This document shows positions 1 through 11,600 of a stretch of DNA of 64,000 bases, piece after piece. The stretch lies in assembly GCA_002269645.1 (NCBI GenBank), contig NIVC01000785.1, forward strand, positions 62,001 to 126,000. The letters are read 5' to 3'. A program made the position numbers and the translations under genes. Origin of the DNA: Macrostomum lignano. Lineage: Eukaryota. The notes beneath the pieces were generated by a model. It was not told where the DNA came from, did no database searches, and saw only the letters and a program-made list of their open reading frames with translations. The stretch's first letter is position 1, and every line of letters begins with the position of its first letter.

Positions 1-545
1 CCAATGAGTAGTCTAATTTCAATCCATCTAACTAAGAAGTCCAATCTCACATCATTTAACGAAGAAGTCTAATCTAACCCTATCTCACTGATGAGAAGTC
101 TAATCTCACCCTAACTCACTGAGGAGAAGTCCAATCTCATCCCATCTAACCAATGAGTAGTCTAATTTCAATCCATCTAACTAAGAAGTCCAATCTCACA
201 TCATTTAACGAAGAAGTCTAATCTCACCCCATTTTATTGAGAAGTCCAATCTCACCAAATCTCACTGAGAAGTCCAATCTCACCCCATCTCACTGAGAAG
301 TCCAATCTCACCCCATCTCACTGAGAAGTCCAATCTCACCCCATCTCACTAAGAAGTTTAATCTCATCCCATCTCACTGAGATTTTTAATCTCACTCCAT
401 CTCATTGAGGAGAAGTCCAATCTCACTCTATCTCACTGAGATTTTCAATCTCACCCCATCTCATATAAATCTCTAAATCTTATTGAAGAGAAGCCCAATC
501 TCACCCCAGCTCACTGAGCAGTCTAATCTCATCGCATCCAATCTC
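1..545. repeat. Degenerate ~28-30-bp minisatellite (GAAGTCCAATCTCACCCCATCTCACTGA)
   Basis: Tandem units visible from position 1 (array runs off the window edge); cleanest at 240-350. Confidence 0.85.
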
Positions 546-2198
546 GTCCCCATTAGCGTCAGGCTGCAGCATCGCCAGCCGCAGGCGCAGCTCGGCCACC
601 TCAGACCGCAGGCCGTCTACCAGACCCGGACTCGAGCCGCACGCCTCGCAGACGTCACCACAAACCTTGGCGGCGTCAACATTCTTCTTATTCTCATCAG
701 CCGCCGCCTCATCGAGCAGCTGGCGTCGCAGGCGCAGCAACAGCAGCCTGACTCCGGCCACCTCCTGGCAGAGCTCGCGAACGTCCGGCAGCGTAAGCGG
801 CGACGTCGCCACCGGATCCGCCGTTGCCATGGCGACGTGGGAAGGAGATGTCGAAGCGGAGTGCCGTCGGAGCTCCCAGAGACGCGGAGGCGGCGGCGGC
901 GGCTCCTCATCATCGTTGCTGTCGATTTGACTGGGGAGTAAAATGGGAAGAATGGAGAGGGGATTTTACTGAGCTGAAAAGAAACATGACGGATAAATGA
1001 TAAATACTGAGAGCTGACAATGCCCCTAACACTATACATTTAACCGTAGTGACGACAATTAGTAATGACGCAATGGGATGAGTGCCAGAATAATATTAAT
1101 GGATGGGAAAATGGGAGATGGGGATGGGGAAATGGAATGTGGGGATGGGGAAATGGGAGATGGGGATGGGGAAATAGAATATGGAGATGGGGAAATGGGA
1201 TATGGGGATGGGGAAATGGAATGTGGAGATGGGAAAATGGGAGATGGGGATGGGGAAATTGAATGTGGGGATGGGGAAATGGGAGATGGGGATGGGGAAA
1301 TGGGAGATGGGGATGGGGAAATGGAAGATGGGGATGGGGAAATGGAAGATGGGGATGGGAAAATGGGAGATGGGGATGGGAAAATGGGAGATGGGGATGT
1401 GGAAATTGAATATAGGAATGGAAATTGAATACAGGGATGGGAAAATGGGAGATAGGGATGGGGAAATTGAATATAGGGATGGGGAAATTGAATATAGGGA
1501 TGGGGAAATGGAAGATAGGGATGGGGAAATTGAATATAGGGATGGGGAAATGGAAGATGGGGATGGGGAATGAGAGATGGGGATGGGGAAATTGAATGTG
1601 GGGATGGGAAAATGGGAGATAAGGATGGGGAAATGGGAGATACGAATGGGAAAATGGAAAATGAGGATGGAAAAACAAAAAACGGAGATGAGAAAATAAA
1701 AGATAGGATGAAGAAACAGAAGAAAAAGATGTTTGGAAGACAAGCATGTAAAACATCTCTAAGAAATATACTACCACAGTCAGAGTGAAAGGCATGCACT
1801 GAGCATGCTGGATACTGGTGCGGAGTTTTACATCAGTTTGTGCAAGTGTCTTCTAATAAGAATTCAAAAAAACAAATATTATTGCATGTGCAGATTGAAA
1901 AGATAGCAAAAAACGAAGATAAACAGCCAGTCCCTGTGTTTTAGGCAAGTGACAACATGCCAAATAGCAATAATTTGTTACCTGAATTACTTTTAATGAA
2001 TGTTCCATCTGCGACAGACCCTGTTGTTAAATAATTAATCAAAATACTTAAAATATTATAATAACTTCATCCAGAACTATTTGTTCAATGGATCAGTGAA
2101 CTCGGTAATTTTCTGACAGTTGGAATATTGACACAGACAGATAAACACACCATCGCACACACACAAACAGACAGACAGACAGACAGCCAGCCAGACAC

Positions 2199-2233
<35 letters not shown>

Positions 2234-2294
2234 CACAGACAGTCAGGCAGACAGGCAGACAGACAGACAGACAGACAGACAGCCAGCCAGACAC

Positions 2295-2337
<43 letters not shown>

Positions 2338-2362
2338 CACAGACAGTCAGGCAGACACACAC

Positions 2363-2409
<47 letters not shown>

Positions 2410-2410
2410 C

Positions 2411-2449
<39 letters not shown>

Positions 2450-2478
2450 CACAGACAGACAGTCAGGCAGACACACAC

Positions 2479-2525
<47 letters not shown>

Positions 2526-2554
2526 CACAGACAGACAGTCAGGCAGACACACAC

Positions 2555-2593
<39 letters not shown>

Positions 2594-2622
2594 CACAGAC
2601 AGACAGTCAGGCAGACACACAC

Positions 2623-2669
<47 letters not shown>

Positions 2670-2698
2670 CACAGACAGACAGTCAGGCAGACACACAC

Positions 2699-2737
<39 letters not shown>

Positions 2738-2766
2738 CACAGACAGACAGTCAGGCAGACACACAC

Positions 2767-2825
<59 letters not shown>

Positions 2826-2854
2826 CACAGACAGACAGTCAGGCAGACACACAC

Positions 2855-2893
<39 letters not shown>

Positions 2894-3058
2894 CACAGAC
2901 AGACAGTCAGGCAGACACACACACAGACAGACAGACAGACAGACAGACACACAGACAGACAGACAGACAGACACACACACACACAGACAGACACACAGAC
3001 AGTCAGGCAGACAGGCAGACAGACAGACAGACAGACAGACAGACAGCCAGCCAGACAC

Positions 3059-3093
<35 letters not shown>

Positions 3094-3118
3094 CACAGAC
3101 AGTCAGGCAGACACACAC

Positions 3119-3185
<67 letters not shown>

Positions 3186-6100
3186 CTCTTACGACTGTCT
3201 GTGTGTTTAGCGGGACCTGAGTTATGTTAATGCGTTACGTGGACCACGCAATTCCGGTTAAAAAATAGAGTCTGTTTTGACAACGCGAAAGGCTAGCTAG
3301 GGTTATCTTTTTGTTAACTTGACGGAATAGCCAGTTCGGGGAAACTGTGGTGGTTCACTAACTACGTTTTGGGGACCGGGTTAGGTGGACCGCAAAAAAA
3401 CAGTTGGTTTAGTTAGACCTCTTTCGTTGTAGAAAATTTATTGCTTTAAACTGTTCTTTTGAACTAATTAAAACAGAAATTCTCAAAAAGAACAGATAAA
3501 AGGGTTACGACGTCATTTAATGAAAATATCCCAAGTTCAAACCAATTTATTTAGCATTACTAATCGGGTTAATCGGGTTAAACAAATGTACGATCGCATT
3601 AGTTAGTTGCGTCGCGTGAATACAAGAAGGTGAATGAAAATAAAGCATTTTGAAAATAAATACCGAATCATATCAAATACTAACTGTAAACTCATTAAAA
3701 CTAATTTAGGTCAAAATGTATGCTTCAAATACATGTTAACAAACGTAAGATTCCATTAGTTAAAAAAGGTCATCCGAGTACGAGCCTACAAGAAGTTGAA
3801 GGGCATTTTTAATAACGACAAAAGTTACTGAAACTGAAATTAAATTGATTTGACTACACCAGTCCTATTATACTGAATGAGTTGGTGAGCAATCATATGA
3901 TAAGCCAATCATTTTACCGACTTTCATCTTTTCGTTCACGCAGATGATGGCTTAATCTTCTTATTTTTTCTACGAAATATTCTCCTGGACCTTCCCTGCC
4001 TCCGTGGTCCGGGACCGCTTCTGTTATTGATCTGTCATTGCCTCTCTCACGAATTTCAGCCTACTCGGCCATCAAATCCGCTTTCGTCAGCTCAGCTCTA
4101 TGATGAACCTTTCTATATTTCTCGTCAATTAGTGGTTTGAATCTTCTTTTACAGTTCGTTTTAACCTTCATCTCGGTGAAACGCAGTCAGTCTCGTCGAG
4201 CTCAGGCGAACAAAATCAACCACAGGCTCCTACAAAGGTAGAAAATAAAATTAACTGACAATCAAACAGACACAGAAATCTGTTCCAGTTGTGTCTGTAG
4301 GTTAGGTGGACCACCTTCCGAGAGCAAAAGCCTCAAACAGACTGAGAGAGCTGCTTCAGTTGTGTCTGTAGGTTATGTGGACCACCTAAGAGCCAGAGCC
4401 TCAAACAGACAGAGAAATCTGTTCGAGTTGTGTCTGTAGGTTAGGTGGACCAGCTACTCCACAGCACTTCTAGGCGATAATCTGAGCCAGGAATCTCCGA
4501 GAGCCTCTCGTTACACATCCAGATGTTCTGCCTTGATGCTGGACTAGCTCACTTTCTAGGAATCTGTTCTGATTGCATTCTAACAAACTGAAGCATTTTC
4601 TGCACTAAACTTTCTCGGCGGCTCTGAGAGCCAGAGCCTCAAACAGACAGAGAAATCTGTTCGAGTTGTGTCTGTAGGTTAGGTGGACCAGCTATTCTAC
4701 AGCACTTCCAGGCGATAATCTGAGCCAGGAATCTCCGAGAGCCTCTCGTTACACATCCAGATGTTCTGCCTTGATGCTGGACTAGCTCACTTTCTAGGAA
4801 TCTGTTCTGATTGCATTCTAACAAACTGAAGCATTTTCTGCACTAAACTTTCTCGGCGGCTCTCAGAGCCGGAGCCTAAACAGACAGAGAAATCTGTTCG
4901 AGTTGTGTCTGTAGGTTAGGTGGACCACCTTCTGAGAGACAAAGCCTCAAACAGACTGAGAGAGCTGCTTCAGTTGTGTCTGTAGGTTATGTGGACCAGC
5001 TAAGGGCCAGAGCCTCAAACAGACAGAGAAATCTGTTCGAGTTGTGTCTGTAGGTTAGGTGGACCAGCTACTCCACAGCACTTCTAGGCGATAATCTGAG
5101 CCAGGAATCTCCGAGAGCCTCTCGTTACACATCCAGATGTTCTGCCTTGATGCTGGACTAGCTCACTTTCTAGGAATCTGTTCTGATTGCATTCTAACAA
5201 ACTGAAGCATTTTCTGCACTAAACTTTCTCGGCGGCTCTCAGAGCCGGAGCCTAAACAGACAGAGAAATCTGTTCGAGTTGTGTCTGTAGGTTAGGTGGA
5301 CCACCTTCTGAGAGACAAAGCCTCAAATAGACTGAGAGAGCTACTTCAGTTGTGTCTGTAGGTTATGTGGACCACCTAAGAGCCAGAGCCTCAAACAGAC
5401 AGAGAAATCTGTTCGAGTTGTGTCTGTAGGTTAGGTGGACCAGCTATTCTACAGCACTTCTAGGCGATAATCTGAGCCAGGAATCTCCGAGAGCCTCTCC
5501 TTACACATCCAGATGTTCTGCCTTGATGCTGGACTAGCTCACTTTCTAGGAATCTGTTCTGATTGCATTCTAACAAACTGAAGCATTCTCGGCACTAAAC
5601 TTTCTCGGTGGCTCTAAGGGCCAGAGCCTCAAACAGACAGAGAAATCTGTTCGAGTTGTGTCTGTAGGTTAGGTTGACCAGCTATTCTACAGCACTTCTA
5701 GGCGATAATCTGAGCCAGAAATCTCCAAGAGCCTCTCGTTACACATCAAGATGTTCTGCCTTGATGCTGGACTAGCTCACTTTCTAGGAATCTGTTCTGA
5801 TTGCATTCTAACAAACTGAAGCATTCTCGGCACTAAACTTCCTCGGCGGCTCTGAGAGCCAGAGCCTCAAACAGACAGAGAAATCTGTTCGAGTTGTGTC
5901 TGTAGGTTAGGTGGACCAGCTACTGAGAGCCAAAGCCTCAAACAGACTGAGAGAGCTGCTTCAGTTGTGTCTGTAGGTTATGTGGACCACCTAAGAGCCA
6001 GAGCCCTAAACAGACAGAGAAATCTGTTCGAGTTGTGTCTGTAGGTTAGGTGGACCAGCTACTCCACAGCACTTCTAGGCGATAATCTGAGCCCGGAATC

Positions 6101-8138
6101 TCCGAGAGCCTCTCGTTACACATCCAGATGTTCTGCCTTGATGCTGGACTAGCTCACTTTCTAGGAATCTGTTCTGATTGCATTCTAACAAACTGAAGCA
6201 TTTTCGGCACTAAACTTTCTCGGCGGCTCTGAGAGCCAGAGCCTCAAACAGACAGAGAAATCTGTTCGAGTTGTGTCTGTAGGTTTGGTGGACCACCTTC
6301 TGAGAGCCAAAGCCTCAAACAGACTGAGAGAGCTGATTCAGTTGTGTCTGTAGGTTATGTGGACCAGCTTCTCTACAGCAATTGAGTTGCAGGCCTTGCA
6401 GCTAGCTACTTTGAGATCATCAAACGAAACTCACTTTTCTGGACTCGGTGTCGACGGATCTGCGAGCAGACTGATGATTTTCACCAGGCGATGCGGCTTC
6501 TTCGATTTCGCAGTGGCTTTTTGCGACGGTGTTTTTTTAGTTTTTATCTTAGGCTTGGCGTCCTTTTTTGCGGGTCATCATATCTTGGTTGTAGATTACA
6601 GTTTTTGGCACAATAAATTTATATATGTATGAAACTTGGAGTAAGGATTAACATTAGACCTATTAAGTATAAAAAAACCGTTCTAATCTATACAATTGCA
6701 ATCCTTTAGAGTTGTTTAGTATGGATTATAAGTACTTTCTTTTAAACTGTCTGTGTCTGGTCTCACTACGCCATGGTTTACGTGGACCACCCGCTTAGAC
6801 ATTATATATCCCTCTCTCCACTGTCTTACCTTCAGAACGCTTGCGGGTTTCCTATTGGCTGCGGTCGGTCCCATTGTTGGGGTGGATCTATCCTCCTAAG
6901 TGTTAACCAGCCAATTATAGAAAGGGAGGTCTGTCTGTCTGTCTGTTCCAACCCTATAATCCTGCACATGTGTTTACGTGGACCAAACAGACAGTGAGTG
7001 TTAGGCTGACTGTTAATGCGTTCTTAGTTTTACTGGGACCGCAATCAAGTCGACCTTTTGCTAGAGAGTCAGAGACCCGATCGCTAGCTAAAAGGCCCTT
7101 CTTAATTGCGTCCTCTTGATCAAATCTTTTGCATGTACATGTATGAATTGTCCTTTTCAATTAGGTAAATTGCATCTTCAACTTTGCACTTGAAAGGCTG
7201 CAGCTTAGGATCTTCTTCTTCCAACATTGGAGGAGGATAGAACAGGATATCCCATAGTGTTTAGTATAGAATTGGCAAGCACTTAATTCATGAAGTTGCT
7301 ATTTTCTTCTTGTGTAATGGTAGAACCTCAGAAATTCGCATTTACACAGTGTGGCTATCAAGGACCACTGGGAGTTCTTGAGAAGTCATTGAAGAATACT
7401 ATTTAGGATTCACTTAAATATCTTTCTTGTCTCGGAGTCTTTATCGTTTGATCTGGTTAGCGAATTGGATTTCTTTACGTTGGTGTCTTACTCTGTGAGT
7501 CTGTGCTCAGAGTACGATACCGGAATTGCTGGAACTGAGCTAATTAAATGGAGTTTAAAGTTTACTGTATCAAATTCATTTCGCATACGAGGTTTCAGAA
7601 TTTTTAATTAACCTGCGTACCTACTTGAATGTCAAAGAACTGAACGCATATTGTTTTAAAGCCAGTAGCGGTCATAATATGATGCCAACATACCCCTTTG
7701 TTCGTAAGGTAATGATCTGTAAAAAATTCAGTTTTGCATTGAATCTATGCTTAATAACTGCTATACACAAACAGACACAAACAGACACAAACAGACGATT
7801 TTCGAAAAATTTTCTAAAATTTTTCGGTTTACGTGGACCAGACTCGCTCGGTTTAGGTAGACCAGGCTGGAGGTCCAGCTAAACTGAAATGCAAATAACT
7901 TTGGAAAAAACCATGCTAGACATCCCAAAATTGCTTAAGCCTTTCTTGACCCGCCTGACATTAATGTGAGATCCTCATCAACGTCTTAACCCCACCAGAG
8001 ACAAAATTATTTGGTGGTCCACCTAAGTGGTCTACCTACACCGGGTGGTCCAGCTAACGAGGCTACTGAACTTCCAAAAAGTCCACGTAAACACACAGAC
8101 AGTAGAACACACAGACAGACAGTCAGGCAGACACACAC

Positions 8139-8181
<43 letters not shown>

Positions 8182-8210
8182 CACAGACAGACAGTCAGGC
8201 AGACACACAC

Positions 8211-8257
<47 letters not shown>

Positions 8258-8286
8258 CACAGACAGACAGTCAGGCAGACACACAC

Positions 8287-8325
<39 letters not shown>

Positions 8326-8354
8326 CACAGACAGACAGTCAGGCAGACACACAC

Positions 8355-8393
<39 letters not shown>

Positions 8394-8422
8394 CACAGAC
8401 AGACAGTCAGGCAGACACACAC

Positions 8423-8469
<47 letters not shown>

Positions 8470-8498
8470 CACAGACAGACAGTCAGGCAGACACACAC

Positions 8499-8537
<39 letters not shown>

Positions 8538-8566
8538 CACAGACAGACAGTCAGGCAGACACACAC

Positions 8567-8625
<59 letters not shown>

Positions 8626-8654
8626 CACAGACAGACAGTCAGGCAGACACACAC

Positions 8655-8693
<39 letters not shown>

Positions 8694-11600
8694 CACAGAC
8701 AGACAGTCAGGCAGACACACACACAGACAGACAGACAGACAGACAGACACACAGACAGACAGACAGACAGACACACACACACACAGACAGACACACAGAC
8801 AGACAGACAGACACACAGACAGGCAGACAGAAATGCTCGACTTTCCAAACCTACATGTAGAAGTGCACTCGTATTCGACTACATATTTCAGTCCCTATAT
8901 TAATAATACGCATAAGCTACAATAGAAGCTTCAATAGCTAGACGAAGGTGAAGCTGATAAAAGACCAGAACGCAGTCACACAGAAACGCAGCTAGCCAGC
9001 CAGGAGCAACTGAAACAGAGCTAGTGATGAAACAGCAGTATGATTGATTGTTAATGGCACACTTTGGTAATGAAAAAAGAATTTTACAATATATTTTTAC
9101 ATGCAATCTACTATTCGCCTGAGCTCTGTTCAAATACAAATTGCAACCATTTTGGAGAAAATATAGGAAGAATCCATCGCACAATAACTGTGCGAGTTGT
9201 AGGGGTTGTAGCCTAAGTGGTTAGAGCGTTGGAATCACGACTTGAAGGTCGGTGGTTCGATTTCCAATCCCACTCGGAACAATTTGTGTCCTTGAGCAAG
9301 ACACTCGACTCTGCATTGCTTCAGTTCACCCAGCTGTAAAATGGGTGCCAGCATTAGCTGGAGTAATTGAGGATGTGTGTGGTGACCCCCCAGTCCTTGG
9401 ACTGAACAGCCGTACGCAGTCTCAGATGCGCCGCAGAATAGCTGGGGCTGAGCTGTCGGTTGCACATCTGGCCATTAGGGCACGTGTAATCAATTATTAT
9501 TAATCAGTATTATCGAACAAAAAAGTTAGTCCAAAATTGCAGAAATTGGGAAAATTTGAATGACCAAAATTCTATATAATTTTTGTATATTTGTGCCCTC
9601 AAATCCAGGTTTCTCGTCAGTCGTCCTAGACACTTTTGGATCTCAAAACTCAATTAGGATCTGATATAATGAAATAAAACGAGGCATCTGATAGGCCCAG
9701 GATAGCCTTGAAGCGATTCACTGAAGGCTTCAGTTAGAACAGGTGATTATCGTATTCAAAAGAAATAGGAACTGGAGGCATTGCAATCTTGAAGTTCAAT
9801 CCAAAATGAACGCACGTCTCAGTCCAGTATCGCCCCATTTTTGCACGTCTGTCATCTCAAAAGAGTCGGTTTTTTCTTTTTCTTTTTTTGAGACAGCTGC
9901 TCACACAGAACAGACAGTGCTAGGTACGTACTAGGTCGAATGCACTGTACCCCCGATGAAAACGTCTCGGTACAGTTCGTTAAAAAGTCGCAAGAGTCGG
10001 CCCCAGAGTTGATAGTCACTAGAGAGTTGTTTGTGACTTGACTCTAGCGATTCTAGTCACGGTAACTTTTTCTACGGGTACAATGCAAGATCGAAAATTG
10101 CTTCTGTGGTGCCTATGAAATAGTGTAGAAATAGGATAGAAAAAGCGTAATGTAAAAAATAAAATAAGCTTCATGTCGAAGTTAAGAGATTCATTTGGGA
10201 ATCCCTACGATGTCGAGGCTTGCAGGGAATCGCTATAATGCTGTAGTAGTGCTATAATGACTCTTAGAGAGAATTACTGAAATTTCAATGCTTCAGGGCT
10301 AGGGTTAGGGTTAGGGTTGGGGTTAGGGCTAGGGTTAAGCTAGGGTTAGGGTTAGAAGGTTGACAGATTTCAAGGCTTATGGGGGCATTGCTGAGATGTC
10401 AAGGGGGGAGTTGATATGCTAAGGCTTGTGGGGGGGGGGGAATTGCTGACATGTCAAGGCTTACAAGGGGTTGCTGAGGTATAATGCAAAGAGACGCTTA
10501 CATTTAGTTTATTAAAAAAACTTGTACTGCATTTTTTAGGCTCCCTAACGGGGGGCGCTGATTGCTAGTCCAAACCTAAAGCCGATACAATTTAGATAGG
10601 TGGTGCCGTAAACACGCATTTCTTTGACTGGGAAATCTCGGGATAACGTCTCGTTTTGACGAATCACATTTCTTGGTCTCGGCTGAAGTAGAAGGGCACC
10701 TACGTCTCACTGTTGAACTGGAGTTTCAGCATTGACGATTTCAACACGTACCATCGCTAATTTCTCATATCCCTTTTATTTTTCTCCTCAATATTAATAT
10801 TATTAGCAATAATTGATTACACCTGCCCCAATTGGGCCAGATGTGCAACCGACAGCTCAGCCGACGCTATTGCCAAGCGCATCTGAAGGCTGCGTACGGC
10901 TGTTCAGTCCAAGGACTGGGCGGGGGGGTCGCCACACAACCCTTAATTACCCCAGCTAATGCTGGCACCCATTTTACAGCTGGGTGAACTGAAGCAATGC
11001 AGAGTTAAGTGTCTTGCTCAAGGACACAAATTGTTCCGAGTGGGATTTGGAATCGAACCCCCGACTTTCAAGTCCAACCACTAGGCTACAACTCCTAGTG
11101 AGGGGGGGGGGGTTTATAGCCTAGTTGTAGCCTTGAGTCTCCTTTAAACTCAACTCATTAATTCTAAAACACGCTCACACTCACCTATCAAAAGTGACGG
11201 ACTCAAATAATTTAATAGATCCGTGATCATCGTAAGAAGAGGCGCCAATATCGCTGTAGGTGTGCTCAGCCGATGGCGCAACGGGCACCGAGTTATTGGC
11301 ACTGTTGTCATCGCCACAGTCCCCAGCTTGGAGAGCGTCCTCATCTGAGTTCAGATCGGCGACTCCGTTCTCGCTTAAAAATGTATCTAAATGAGGCACC
11401 TGGCTAAGCGCCCTGGCGTCAGAATTGGCAGCGGGCACACCTGCGGCGGCAGTCGGATCCGATGGAGCCTGGCCATCTTCGCCGCGATCGGAAGTGACAC
11501 TAAAAAAAGCGTTCAAAAATCAGATAAATCAGAGTAGGATGGCAGGCCGAAAAACTACCCCAGAGTCAGTGCAGGTAACACAGGTAAATAGGGAAGAAGG

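Noticed and set aside
823-836. Near-perfect X-box GTTGCCATGGCGAC
   Set aside because: Lies inside a coding exon (VAMAT on the minus strand); explained by codons.
1040-3210. Long ORFs (HPHLPF, GDGEM, TDRQ, SVCL repeats)
   Set aside because: Translations of mini/microsatellites lacking stop codons; they lie in an intron.
8007-8925. TDRQ/CLSV ORFs
   Set aside because: (CAGA)n artefacts.
9202-9285. tRNA gene
   Set aside because: A and B boxes are present but the sequence continues into a SINE body shared by several diverged copies; no clean cloverleaf or acceptor stem.
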